Assembly: GCA_045612185.1 (NCBI GenBank)
Contig: JAZKYO010000030.1
Coordinates: 18,506 to 82,505 of the forward strand
DNA: 64,000 nt
From: Eubacteriales bacterium
Lineage (GTDB): Bacteria > Bacillota > Clostridia > Oscillospirales > CAG-272
Direction of reading: 5' to 3'
Position 1 is the stretch's first letter, and each line of letters begins with the position of its first letter. Position numbers and translations under genes: made by a program. The notes beneath the pieces were generated by a model. It was given only the letters and a program-made list of their open reading frames with translations, was not told where the DNA came from and did no database searches. Shown here piece by piece: positions 42,148 through 51,622 of this stretch.

Positions 42148-43003
42148 GATTTTTGTCGTAAACGTCGTACTCGTCCCAAATTTCTTCAAGGGTCTTGAGA
42201 CGGACGGTCAATTCCTCTTTCTTTTTCTTTGCAACCGAAACAGCGATAGCATTTATTATGCTCATGGGCGCTACCAACGAATCCACGAAAGAAGCCATAT
42301 CACTGCTTGCCGTGAGAAGCTGGTCGGCGTTCTGCGCTATGGGAGAAGTCTTGCTGTCGGTAAGCGCGACAATATTCGCACCTTTATGGGCAGCAAACTC
42401 AACAGCGTTTATAACGCGCTTTGAGTATCTGGGAAAACTTATGGCTATAACAACGTCATCCTCATCTATGCGCATTATCTGTTCAAGCATTTCACTTCCC
42501 GACGTCGTTTGCACAAGCGTAAGGTTATCAAACGCCATTTGCAAATTATAGTGCAAAAATCCCGCCAAGGTCGCCGACGAGCGTACACCGAGAATATATA
42601 TACGCTTTGCCCCTATTATTTTGTCAACCGCCGTTTCAAAGGCTTTACGGTCTATGGTATCAAGGGTATTGCGGAGCTTTTCGGCATCGGCAAGTATCAC
42701 CTGCGTAAGAATGTCCTTATCTCCGATTATTGAATCCGAGACCTCCATGCGCTGAAATGACGTAAGGTTGGTACGCACAAGTTCACGAAGCGATTTTTGA
42801 AATTCCGGGTAACCTTCAAATCCCAATTGACAGGCAAAACGCACTACGGTGGACTCGGAAACGTCGGCAAGCATTCCAAGCTTTGCCGCTGTCATATACG
42901 CCGCCTTTTCGTAGTGCTCGATTATATAATCGGCAATAGCCTTCTGGCCTTTTGAAAAGCCCTCATAGCCGACCTCGATTTTTTTAAGTATACTCTCTTT
43001 CAT
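42140..43003 (-). CDS. MurR/RpiR-family transcriptional regulator (HTH plus SIS domain)
   Basis: I chose the ATG at 43003 (RBS GAGG 8 nt upstream). The ATG at 43030 sits at the predicted TSS. The HTH is 'AAKLGMLADVSESTVVRFACQLGFEGYPEF' and the SIS region is 'RIYILGVRSSATLAGFL'. Confidence 0.8.
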   Translation of the reverse strand: MKESILKKIEVGYEGFSKGQKAIADYIIEHYEKAAYMTAAKLGMLADVSESTVVRFACQLGFEGYPEFQKSLRELVRTNLTSFQRMEVSDSIIGDKDILTQVILADAEKLRNTLDTIDRKAFETAVDKIIGAKRIYILGVRSSATLAGFLHYNLQMAFDNLTLVQTTSGSEMLEQIMRIDEDDVVIAISFPRYSKRVINAVEFAAHKGANIVALTDSKTSPIAQNADQLLTASSDMASFVDSLVAPMSIINAIAVSVAKKKKEELTVRLKTLEEIWDEYDVYDKNHE

Positions 43004-43035
43004 AGCGTCCGCCTCGCAAAATTCAATCATCTAAT

Positions 43036-43064
43036 ATTATATTATTTTTTTGCGGTTTTGTCAA
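43036..43064 (-). promoter_or_regulatory. promoter of the RpiR-family regulator operon
   Basis: Minus strand reads TTGACA-17-TATAAT. Confidence 0.55.
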
Positions 43065-43086
43065 CTGAATTTTTTAAAATGCAAGA

Positions 43087-43124
43087 CAAAAAAAGATACC
43101 CACGGGCTGTGAGTATCTTTTTTT
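43087..43124. terminator. hairpin terminator after the GH99-like gene
   Basis: aaaagatac...gtatcttttt, flanked by an A-run on one side and a T-run on the other. Confidence 0.6.
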
Positions 43125-44240
43125 CTATCCAAACACTCTTTTTATTGCTTCGAGATAGCCGTAGCGGTAAAGGTCATCAGGCTCAAGATAGCTTCCCTCT
43201 GTCCACTCGTTCCAGCTATTTACCGTAACCAGAGGAGATTTGAGATTTTTATGCGTGTCTATATATTCCTTTGCCATAAGAAAAGCCTTTTCCACGTTTT
43301 GGGGCGTATTGTTTGTACATATATTTTTGAGAGTCCGCTCCCTCGGCTGAGAGTATCTCGGTGTGGCGTCCCATCCAAGTGACACGTGAGGATAATATGG
43401 CATTTTGAAATTGGCATCAACATACTCCCACTCTTTTTTCACGTTCTCCAAAATAGCGGTATAATCACCTTCCATGCTTGTAAAATGACAGAATTGATAG
43501 TGTGTTACGCTATCAAAACCAAGCTCATTAACAGCTGATACCATATTTCCCTCAAAAGCAGGATCTATCCCCGTATCATTCATTGACTTCTCACTCCTCA
43601 AGGTCAGCTGAAGTTCAAGTCCGCTGAAACCGGCTTTCACAGTTTCACTTCTGAAATAATCAAGAGCTTTTTTTGTGTTTTCAATTCCCCCAAGACCTTT
43701 TACAAGGTTGTCGAGATCATAAATCATATAAACAGGTTTCCCATCTATTTTATAGTAGGATGGGTGCGTAAAATAATTATCTATCGTCCTGTGAACGATA
43801 ACGTCAAAATTCTTTCTGTCAACTTTACCGTCCCAAATCGGCACATTAAGATGTGCGGTACGCTTATCCCAAATCGAGGTGGCGGTATGGTTTGCCCACA
43901 TAATATAAAATTTTACTTTGCTATTGTTTTGGGCTTTAAGATAACCGTCGTTAAGACACTGCTCAAGAAACGGACGGTTGTCAAACCAATACCAATCGTA
44001 TATAAAGACGTTTACTCCGTACGCCGCTGCAGATTCTATCTGCGCTTCCATAACGCTTGGATCCGCCTCATTACAGTAGCCCCAAAGCGGCTTTCTTGGC
44101 CAAGCGTGCCCCTCGAAAAAGGGCTTCATATCCTTTACAGTCTGCCATTCACCGATTCCGTCGGGCCAAAACATGCGCGTTCTTGGCTCATCTCCGGTAT
44201 ACGCGGGCCATATATATGCCGCTATATCATATTTGGACAT
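43125..44240 (-). CDS. GH99-like / WbsX-family protein (cytoplasmic, no signal peptide)
   Basis: 'IAAYIWPAY...GIGEWQTVKDMKPFFEGHAWPRKPLWGYCNEADPSVMEAQIESAAAYGVNVFIYDWYWF' follows the WbsX (Glyco_tran_WbsX) N-terminal pattern as I remember it. Confidence 0.6.
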   Translation of the reverse strand: MSKYDIAAYIWPAYTGDEPRTRMFWPDGIGEWQTVKDMKPFFEGHAWPRKPLWGYCNEADPSVMEAQIESAAAYGVNVFIYDWYWFDNRPFLEQCLNDGYLKAQNNSKVKFYIMWANHTATSIWDKRTAHLNVPIWDGKVDRKNFDVIVHRTIDNYFTHPSYYKIDGKPVYMIYDLDNLVKGLGGIENTKKALDYFRSETVKAGFSGLELQLTLRSEKSMNDTGIDPAFEGNMVSAVNELGFDSVTHYQFCHFTSMEGDYTAILENVKKEWEYVDANFKMPYYPHVSLGWDATPRYSQPRERTLKNICTNNTPQNVEKAFLMAKEYIDTHKNLKSPLVTVNSWNEWTEGSYLEPDDLYRYGYLEAIKRVFG

Positions 44241-44267
44241 AATCCACCTCCAAATTTCGTTGTTTTA

Positions 44268-44296
44268 ATTTTACATCTTTATTTCGGCTTTGTCAA
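44268..44296 (-). promoter_or_regulatory. promoter of the GH99-like/WbsX gene
   Basis: Minus strand reads TTGACA-17-TAAAAT. The -35 is the left arm of the 44291-44323 palindrome. Confidence 0.55.
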
Positions 44297-44323
44297 CTGT
44301 TTTGTACAAAATAACAGTTGACA
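44291..44323. repeat. 33-bp palindrome spanning two back-to-back -35 boxes
   Basis: TGTCAACTGTT-TTGTACAAAAT-AACAGTTGACA. The 11-bp arms are perfect reverse complements. Confidence 0.8.
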
Positions 44324-44347
44324 TTTTACAATAAAATATGTTAGAAT
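44318..44347 (+). promoter_or_regulatory. promoter of rsmA
   Basis: TTGACA-18-TAGAAT. The -35 is the right arm of the palindrome. Confidence 0.5.
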
Positions 44348-44365
44348 TAAATAAAATATTTTGTA

Positions 44366-45244
44366 ATGGGAGATTTTATGAACCTTTGCGACATCAAAAA
44401 TATTAAACAGATAATGTCGGTTTTCGGCATTAAGTTTCACAAGGAATTCGGACAGAACTTCCTTACCAACAAAATGGTGGTTGAGGACATTGCCGACTAC
44501 TGCTGTGAGGGAAAATCAAACACTATTCTCGAAATAGGTCCCGGCATAGGCACGCTTACAGTAGAACTTGCCGAGCGCTATGAAAAGGTTATTGCGCTTG
44601 AGATTGACAAGGGGCTTATTCCCGTTCTCTCCTACACGCTTGACACGTACAACAACGTAGAGGTCATTAACGAGGACGTTATGAAAACCGACCTTGAGAC
44701 ATTACTCGCCCCATATTTTGAAAACGGAGTTTCGGTTTGCGCCAATCTGCCCTACTACATAACCACGCCTATTCTTATGAAGCTGCTTGAGTCAAAGCTC
44801 CCTTTTGATTACATCACAATAATGATACAGTCTGAGGTTGCCGACAGACTTTGCGCTAAGGCAGGAAGCAAGGATTGCGGTGCTATAACCGCGGTGCTTT
44901 CCTATTACGGTGAGGCTGAAAAGCTGTTTACGGTTGAGGCTGACAACTTTATGCCTCCACCAAAGGTCAATTCAAGCGTGGTACGCATAAAACTTTACAA
45001 AAACAAGCCGTACACCCCCAAGGACGAAGAGCTTTTCTTCAAGGTTATAAAGGCGGCGTTTGAGCAACGCAGAAAAACCCTGCTTAACGCACTTTCCTGC
45101 GGATTTCCCGAAATTACAAAAGAAAGGCTTGCGGAGGCTATTGAAAAGGCAGGACACCGTCCCGACATCCGCGGCGAAAAGCTTGACGTTAAAATGTTCT
45201 GCGAGCTTGCAGACATCATATATGATATAAAAACCTCCATTTAA
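44366..45244 (+). CDS. rsmA: 16S rRNA (adenine1518/1519-N6)-dimethyltransferase
   Basis: Motifs are 'FGQNFL' and the SAM site 'ILEIGPGIGTLT', plus 'ANLPYYITTPI'. The start could instead be the ATG at 44378, just after GGGAGA. Confidence 0.9.
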   Translation: MGDFMNLCDIKNIKQIMSVFGIKFHKEFGQNFLTNKMVVEDIADYCCEGKSNTILEIGPGIGTLTVELAERYEKVIALEIDKGLIPVLSYTLDTYNNVEVINEDVMKTDLETLLAPYFENGVSVCANLPYYITTPILMKLLESKLPFDYITIMIQSEVADRLCAKAGSKDCGAITAVLSYYGEAEKLFTVEADNFMPPPKVNSSVVRIKLYKNKPYTPKDEELFFKVIKAAFEQRRKTLLNALSCGFPEITKERLAEAIEKAGHRPDIRGEKLDVKMFCELADIIYDIKTSI

Positions 45245-45343
45245 CACAGATTTAACACAAAAGCGCTTTCGGATTTTACACAAAATATGTTATATTGGGT
45301 ATAAGGAAAATTTTTGTTAAAAATCTGTTGCTATGGAGGAAAT

Positions 45344-47104
45344 ATGTTCGATTACACAAACGTTTTGACACTTCTTGGCGGTATATGTCTGTTCCTTTTC
45401 GGAATGACGGTTATGGGCGACGCTCTTGAAAAAAGCGCAGGCTCACAGCTTAAAGGACTGCTTGCCAAGATGACCTCAAACCCACTAAAAGGATTTATTT
45501 TAGGAGCGGGAGTTACCGCTATAATTCAAAGCTCTTCTGCCACTACCGTTATGTTGGTGGGCTTTGTAAATTCGGGGCTTATGTCTCTCTCTTCGGTTAT
45601 TCCCGTAATTATGGGCGCAAACGTAGGTACTACGATTACCGCGTGGATATTGAGCCTTATGGGTATGGGCGACGACAACTTTTTGATGACAATGCTCAAG
45701 CCCACGTCATTTACCCCAATTCTCGCGGTTATAGGCGTTATACTTTACATTTTCTTAAAAAACGCCAAAAAGAAAGATATAGGCCTTATTCTTCTTGGCT
45801 TTGCCGTGCTTATTTACGGTATGGACATTATGAGCGACGCTGTATCACCGCTTAAAGACAGCGATGCATTTAAAAACATTCTGCTTATGTTTGACAATCC
45901 TATTTTGGGTGTCCTCGCGGGTGCGCTGATTACCGCAATAATCCAAAGCTCGTCAGCTTCTGTCGGTATCCTTCAGGCTTTATCGATAACGGGGGCTGTA
46001 ACATTCGGCTCTGCTATTCCGATAATCATGGGTCAGAACATAGGTACTTGTGTAACTGCTCTTATCTCATCTATCGGCGCTAACAAAAACGCGCGCAGAG
46101 TTGCTATGGTACACCTTTATTTCAACATCGTCGGTACCGTGGTGCTTCTTACCGCATTCTATACGGTAAACGCAGTGGTCGGCGGTTTCGGATTCTTAAC
46201 GTCAGCCATAGACGAAACCTACATCGCGATAGTTCACTCTGCGTTCAACATAGGTTGTACCGCATTGCTGCTTCCCTGCCATAAGTTGCTTGAAAAGCTT
46301 GCTATACTCACGGTTAAAGACAAGAATGGGACGGAAGAAAAGGTCAAACTGTTCGACGATATGCTTCTTACCACACCGAGTATAGCCCTTGACCAATGCA
46401 GAAACGTTACATTTGATATGGCAAAGACCTCTGTGGCATCTCTTAAAAAGGCTTTTTCGCTTTTTGACAAGTATGATTCAAGACTTTTTGATGAAATAGA
46501 AAAAGAAGAAAACGAGGTAGATATTTACGAGGACGAGATAGGCTCGTATCTCGTTAAGCTTACAAAATGCGACCTTACCGAACGGGACAGCCTTGAGGTT
46601 ACCAAACTCCTTCACATAATAGGAGACCTTGAGCGTATATCCGACCACGCGGTGAATATTGCAGAATCGGCGCGTGAGATTCAAGACAAGAAAATCACCT
46701 TCTCCACTCCGGCGCAAGGTGAACTGAAAATTATGATTAACGCTGTTATTGAGATTCTTGACGCGTCGCTGGGCTCGTTTACCGAAAACAGCCTTGAGCT
46801 TGCGGCAAAGGTTGAACCTCTTGAAGAAGTTGTTGACAATCTCAAGGACAGAATCAAGCTTAACCACGTTAAGAGAGTTCAAAACAACGAATGTACTATT
46901 GAGCTTGGATTTATTCTTTCCGACCTTCTTACCAATCTTGAGAGAATTTCCGATCACTGCTCCAACATTGCGGGCTGCGTTATTGAAATTGCGCACAGCA
47001 GTCTTGGTATGCACGGATACACAAAAGCTCTCAGACGAGGAAACGAGGTTTACGACCAATACTACAAGGAATTCTCTCGCAAATATTCCTTGCAAGGCGA
47101 GTAA
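45344..47104 (+). CDS. Na/Pi cotransporter family protein with C-terminal PhoU-like domains
   Basis: The start is the ATG at 45344, after GGAGGA. The track start at 45314 is a TTG. The duplicated motif 'IIQSSSATTVM' / 'IIQSSSASVGI' is typical of NptA-type transporters. PhoU-like repeats contain 'ERISDH' twice. Confidence 0.85.
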   Translation: MFDYTNVLTLLGGICLFLFGMTVMGDALEKSAGSQLKGLLAKMTSNPLKGFILGAGVTAIIQSSSATTVMLVGFVNSGLMSLSSVIPVIMGANVGTTITAWILSLMGMGDDNFLMTMLKPTSFTPILAVIGVILYIFLKNAKKKDIGLILLGFAVLIYGMDIMSDAVSPLKDSDAFKNILLMFDNPILGVLAGALITAIIQSSSASVGILQALSITGAVTFGSAIPIIMGQNIGTCVTALISSIGANKNARRVAMVHLYFNIVGTVVLLTAFYTVNAVVGGFGFLTSAIDETYIAIVHSAFNIGCTALLLPCHKLLEKLAILTVKDKNGTEEKVKLFDDMLLTTPSIALDQCRNVTFDMAKTSVASLKKAFSLFDKYDSRLFDEIEKEENEVDIYEDEIGSYLVKLTKCDLTERDSLEVTKLLHIIGDLERISDHAVNIAESAREIQDKKITFSTPAQGELKIMINAVIEILDASLGSFTENSLELAAKVEPLEEVVDNLKDRIKLNHVKRVQNNECTIELGFILSDLLTNLERISDHCSNIAGCVIEIAHSSLGMHGYTKALRRGNEVYDQYYKEFSRKYSLQGE

Positions 47105-47128
47105 GCGGGAGACTCCAAAGGAGTCATT

Positions 47129-48025
47129 ATGAACGGAAACATTACAGATATTCAGCGCTTTTCCTTACACGACGGTCCCGGTATACGTACTACGGTGTTT
47201 CTAAAAGGATGCAATATGTGTTGCGTTTGGTGTCACAACCCCGAAACCATCAGCTTTGGAAATGATTTACTCTTTTATGAAAAAAACTGTATTCATTGCG
47301 GTTACTGTCTCGGCATTTGCGAAAACGGCGCGCATTCACTTGACCAGAACGGCGTTCACGCTATTGACAGAAGCAAATGCAAGCTGTGCGGAAAGTGCGT
47401 GGCGGGGTGCTTTTCAGAGGCATTGAAATTCGCCTCTCGCTCTGTTAGTGAGGACGAGGTAATGAAAGAGATTCTTTCAGACCGAGCATACTACGAGGAA
47501 TCGGGAGGCGGCGTTACCCTTTCGGGGGGCGAGGCTCTTTGCCAGCTTGAATTCGCTGAACGCATTATAGACAGATGCAAAGCAGAAAAAATAAGTGTGG
47601 CGGTAGAAACAAACCTGCTTCACGACTTCGAAAAAATCGAGCATATTCTCAAAAAACTTGACCTGGTAATGTTCGACATTAAAATTTTTGACGGTGATGA
47701 ACACAAGAAGTACACCGGCGTTTCAAACACCCTTATACTTGAAAACGCAAAAAAGCTTGACGGGCTTGGAATTCCGTTTATAGTAAGGACTCCGCTTATT
47801 CCGGGCATTACCGACAGCAACGAAAACATTCTTGCTATCGCAAAATTCACTTCGGGGCTTAAAAATCTTACGGTTTACGAGCTGTTGAATTTCAACCCTC
47901 TCGGAGCGTCCAAGTACTCGGCATTGAACACCGACAACCGCTTAAAAGACGCCAAGCCGCTTTCAAAAGAACGGCTTGAGGAAATAGCGGAGCTGACAAA
48001 AAATTTCAACGTAAAAATAAGATAA
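47129..48025 (+). CDS. glycyl-radical enzyme activating protein (radical SAM, with two auxiliary ferredoxin-like Cys clusters)
   Basis: The radical SAM motif is 'GCNMCCVWCHNPE' (CX3CX2C). The auxiliary clusters are 'CIHCGYCLGICENGA' and 'CKLCGKCVAGC'. 'VTLSGGEA' is also present. The RBS is AAGGAG. It starts 24 nt after the transporter gene. Confidence 0.85.
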   Translation: MNGNITDIQRFSLHDGPGIRTTVFLKGCNMCCVWCHNPETISFGNDLLFYEKNCIHCGYCLGICENGAHSLDQNGVHAIDRSKCKLCGKCVAGCFSEALKFASRSVSEDEVMKEILSDRAYYEESGGGVTLSGGEALCQLEFAERIIDRCKAEKISVAVETNLLHDFEKIEHILKKLDLVMFDIKIFDGDEHKKYTGVSNTLILENAKKLDGLGIPFIVRTPLIPGITDSNENILAIAKFTSGLKNLTVYELLNFNPLGASKYSALNTDNRLKDAKPLSKERLEEIAELTKNFNVKIR

Positions 48026-48029
48026 GTAA

Positions 48030-48060
48030 GAAAAACACCTTCAATCTGAAGGTGTTTTTT
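48030..48060. terminator. bidirectional terminator between the GRE activase and the cysteine desulfurase gene
   Basis: aaaaacaccttca-atc-tgaaggtgtttttt. Confidence 0.85.
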
Positions 48061-48062
48061 CG

Positions 48063-49229
48063 TTATCTTTTTATTCTCACAAGCATTCTTATTCCCATTT
48101 CGAGATGCTCGGCAAGGGCGTCTATATCCGACTCGGTAGTGGATTCAGAAATACTTACGCGGAGTGAGCAGTCGGCATCGTCGGGAGCAAGTCCAAACGC
48201 CATAAGCGCACGGCTGTGCGAACGCGAGTGTGAGGAGCAAGCCGAGCCGCTTGATACGTATATTCCCTCTCCCGAAAGGTAGTGAAGCATTGTTTCGCTC
48301 TTAATATTCGGAAGTGTAAAATTAATGATATGGGGCGCGGTTTCACCAAGCGGTGTATTAACCCGCACGTCAAGCGCCGCCAATTTAAGCAAGGCGTATT
48401 CTCTCACCGACGACATATGCGAAATATTGGCGTCAAGGTTTATATACGCCTCTTTAAGCGCCGCGCCAAAGCCCGCAATTCCCACCACGTTTTCAGTACC
48501 GGAGCGAAATCCGTTTTCCTGACCGCCTCCGTAAATTATAGGAGACATTTTACGCTGTTTGAGAATGTCCGCGCTTATGTACAGCGCTCCCACCCCTTTG
48601 GGTCCGTGTATTTTATGTGAGCTTACACTGATAAGATCAGCAGAAATTGACGCAGGGGTAAATTTCTTTTTCATAAAGCCCTGCACCGCGTCGCAATGAG
48701 TTACTGCCTCGGGGCATCTTGCCTTTGCCATCGAAAAAACCTTACCAACGTCGTACATTGCGCCCGTCTCGTTATTGACCATCATCATGGTAACGAGAAG
48801 CACGTTTTTGTCAAGTTCTCTTTCAACAGCCGACATATCAAGAACTCCGCCGCGGGTGGATATTCTTACCACGTTGAAGCCTTCTTCCTCAAGCTTAACA
48901 AGAAGATTTTCAACCGACGGATGCTCAGAGTCGGTGGTTATAATTTTGTTTGCAACACGCCTGGTTTTTGAATATATACTGCCTCTTATAGCTAGGTTAT
49001 TTGCCTCCGTGCCACTTGCGGTAAACACAAGCTGGCCCGGCTTTAACATTCTTACGCCAAAGGCGTATCCCAAAGAATTTCTCGCCTCGTCCACCACTTT
49101 TTGTGCCGCAAGACCTACCGAATGAAGCGACGATGGGTTGCCATAGCATCCCATCGCCTCTGTCATTGCCTTGATAGCGCTGTCGCACAACGGTGTAGTG
49201 GCGCTGTTATCAAGATATATTTCTCTCAT
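48063..49229 (-). CDS. cysteine desulfurase (NifS/IscS class)
   Basis: The PLP-Lys context is 'SVSSHKIHGPKGVGALY' and the catalytic Cys loop is 'VSSGSACSS'. Confidence 0.9.
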   Translation of the reverse strand: MREIYLDNSATTPLCDSAIKAMTEAMGCYGNPSSLHSVGLAAQKVVDEARNSLGYAFGVRMLKPGQLVFTASGTEANNLAIRGSIYSKTRRVANKIITTDSEHPSVENLLVKLEEEGFNVVRISTRGGVLDMSAVERELDKNVLLVTMMMVNNETGAMYDVGKVFSMAKARCPEAVTHCDAVQGFMKKKFTPASISADLISVSSHKIHGPKGVGALYISADILKQRKMSPIIYGGGQENGFRSGTENVVGIAGFGAALKEAYINLDANISHMSSVREYALLKLAALDVRVNTPLGETAPHIINFTLPNIKSETMLHYLSGEGIYVSSGSACSSHSRSHSRALMAFGLAPDDADCSLRVSISESTTESDIDALAEHLEMGIRMLVRIKR

Positions 49230-49240
49230 AAAGCCCCTTA

Positions 49241-50272
49241 TTATTTGAATTCAAACAGCTCTATAATCTTGTTTACATCCTCAAGATGCGTCTCGTAGTT
49301 GCGTCTGTTAGAGGTGTAAGTGAAGATATAGATGTTTCCGTTAACAGTAAGGAAAACCTGCTTAAGCTTATATACTACTCCATAAATGTCACAGGTATAC
49401 TCTACCCCATACGCGGGATATTTGCCAAGCTTTGCGTTTTCGTCAACCACGATATCCGAAATGGTATAGGAAGTTCCCTTGACGTACTCTTCCCAATAGG
49501 TTTTACCGTCAAACACGTACTCGTCGGCAACACGCATATTCATCGTAACGTTGGAGGAATCGGTAGCCGAAAAATAAGCCTTGGGGTTATAGGTTCTTCT
49601 CTGAACGGTCCAGGTAAGGGGAACGTAAAGTCTGTACTCGTATTTATCGTTAGAAGCTATTTGAAATCCCTCGGGAGTTTTTTCATCAACGAGAGTCATA
49701 AAATCGTCTGTTTCGAGCTCGCCTTCATTAAAGGTCTTGAACTCAAATTTGGCTGCTATCTCCTCAAACTGGGCAAGATATGTGTCAAAATGCTCAACCG
49801 GCGCGGAATACACGAGTGTGGTAAAGGTTGCCTCAACCTTGGCGTTGATTACCTTAAACTTATAGGCGCGGTCAACTGTTTGTTCACCCGCAGCTTCTTT
49901 AAGGTTAGCCTTATATTCCATGGTGTAAGCTGCGTAAGATCCGAGCGTTGTCTGAGCAGGTTCGGAAATCAATTCATATCCGTCCATTTTCTCATAGCTC
50001 TTGAGCGCTACCGACATAAATTCGCCTACCGTATAATTCTTTACGTTTCTGGTAGTCTTGGCGCAAACGAGGGTCTTGTTTTCGATAGAAGCGTAAGCCC
50101 CCGCGATTCCGCTTGAAATATTGCTGCTCCAACTCTTGGGAACGTAGAGGTTAAAAATCTCATCCTCTCCCGAAACAAGCTGGTATCCCTCGGGAGCGTC
50201 ATCCTTTTTACAAGCGACAAAGCAGCCTAAAAGCATGCAGATTAAAAGCAAAGCCGAAATAATTCTTTTCAT
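49241..50272 (-). CDS. lipoprotein of unknown function with two internal repeats
   Basis: The lipobox is 'MLLGC'. There are two ~150-aa repeats, each opening with 'PEG(Y/F)Q..S......L(Y)VP..W'. I recognise no family. Confidence 0.5.
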   Translation of the reverse strand: MKRIISALLLICMLLGCFVACKKDDAPEGYQLVSGEDEIFNLYVPKSWSSNISSGIAGAYASIENKTLVCAKTTRNVKNYTVGEFMSVALKSYEKMDGYELISEPAQTTLGSYAAYTMEYKANLKEAAGEQTVDRAYKFKVINAKVEATFTTLVYSAPVEHFDTYLAQFEEIAAKFEFKTFNEGELETDDFMTLVDEKTPEGFQIASNDKYEYRLYVPLTWTVQRRTYNPKAYFSATDSSNVTMNMRVADEYVFDGKTYWEEYVKGTSYTISDIVVDENAKLGKYPAYGVEYTCDIYGVVYKLKQVFLTVNGNIYIFTYTSNRRNYETHLEDVNKIIELFEFK

Positions 50273-50355
50273 GATTTATCACCTTTCTGTTAAACATCTT
50301 CATTATTGTATCAAAAGAACACGCGCTTGTCTACAAAAAAATTGTAAACATTTTG

Positions 50356-51609
50356 TTATTCCACCGAAAGCATCTCTTCAGCAGCGTACATTATGCCGAT
50401 TTTTCCGCTTTCATATGTAAGTCCGCCTTGGAAAAAGGCTGTATACGGCGGTCTCAGCGGTCCGTCCGCCGAAAGCTCTATGGACGAGCCTTGAGTAAAC
50501 GCGCCCGCCGCCATTATAACCTTATCGTTATATCCCGGCATATCCCAAGGTTCGGGAGTTACAAAGGAATCAACGGGAGAACCTTTCTGTATACCCCGAC
50601 AAAATGCGCAAAGCTTTTCGGGAGCGCCCGTGATAACCGTCTGTATAATATCGTGGTGGGTCTGATTCCACTTAGGTTCTACGTCATATCCCATTTTTTC
50701 AAACACGTAAGCCGCGAGGTGTGCTACCTTAAGAGCTTGCGCTGTTGTATGGGGGGCGTAGAAAAGCCCTTTATAAAGGCTTTTATTCAATCCGAGCGTC
50801 GCTCCGACCTCACAGCCCACGCCTACCGAGGTAAGGCGATAAGATGCGAGCTCAACCGCGCGCTTTGTCCCCGCAATATATCCGCCCGTTTCAGCCATTC
50901 CACCGCCCGGGTTTTTGATGAGCGAGCCTATAACCATATCCGCGCCTGCCGAGCAAGGCTCTTTATCCTCAACAAATTCTCCATAGCAGTTATCAACCAC
51001 CACGTAAGCCTCGGGATTGATGGATTTTACAAATCGAGCAGCCGCTCCTATCTCATCAACGCTAAGCGTTTTGCGGTTAAGATATCCTTTTGAACGCTGT
51101 ATAAAGACCACCTTTACGCGAGAACTGTATTCCGCAAGTTTTTCATGAATCAAATCCCAATCGAAATTGCCGTCTTTAAGGTCTACCTGCGCATACTCTA
51201 CTCCAAAATCCTTAAGCGATCCGTCGCCCGGGGTACCGCAGATTCCTATTACTTCCTCAAGGGTATCATATGGCTTTCCCGCTATTGAAAGCATTACGTC
51301 TCCCGGTCTGAGAAGTCCGAAAAGACCTATGGTAAGCGCCTGCGTTCCATTGACTATATTATGTCTCACGAAAGCCGCCTCAGCGCCCATTACATCCGCC
51401 CATATGGAGTCGAGGGTATCTCTGCCTCTGTCGTCATATCCATATCCGCTTGAGGGATTGAACATTGCCTCAGAAACTCGGTATTCTCTGAAAAGCTCCA
51501 TTATTTTAGCGGTATTTTTAAACGAAACTCTGTCGATTTCAGCGAAAATTTCCGCAAGGTCTTTTTCAGCATCTTCCACAAGTCCGTACACTTTTTCTGA
51601 AAATTCCAT
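50356..51609 (-). CDS. methionine gamma-lyase-family (YnbB / 'aluminium resistance') PLP protein
   Basis: 'FREYRVSEAMFNPSSGYGYDDRGRDTLD' and 'GSLIKNPGGG' match my memory of the PF06838 family. Confidence 0.75.
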   Translation of the reverse strand: MEFSEKVYGLVEDAEKDLAEIFAEIDRVSFKNTAKIMELFREYRVSEAMFNPSSGYGYDDRGRDTLDSIWADVMGAEAAFVRHNIVNGTQALTIGLFGLLRPGDVMLSIAGKPYDTLEEVIGICGTPGDGSLKDFGVEYAQVDLKDGNFDWDLIHEKLAEYSSRVKVVFIQRSKGYLNRKTLSVDEIGAAARFVKSINPEAYVVVDNCYGEFVEDKEPCSAGADMVIGSLIKNPGGGMAETGGYIAGTKRAVELASYRLTSVGVGCEVGATLGLNKSLYKGLFYAPHTTAQALKVAHLAAYVFEKMGYDVEPKWNQTHHDIIQTVITGAPEKLCAFCRGIQKGSPVDSFVTPEPWDMPGYNDKVIMAAGAFTQGSSIELSADGPLRPPYTAFFQGGLTYESGKIGIMYAAEEMLSVE

Positions 51610-51622
51610 TTTTACCGTCCAA

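Noticed and set aside
42140-42189. 50-nt overlap between the RpiR-family gene and the flavoprotein gene suggested by the ORF track
   Set aside because: This is resolved by using the internal ATG at 42147 ('MSDNRSVIVIGGG…'), which begins right after the RpiR stop. The upstream extension has no homology-like features.
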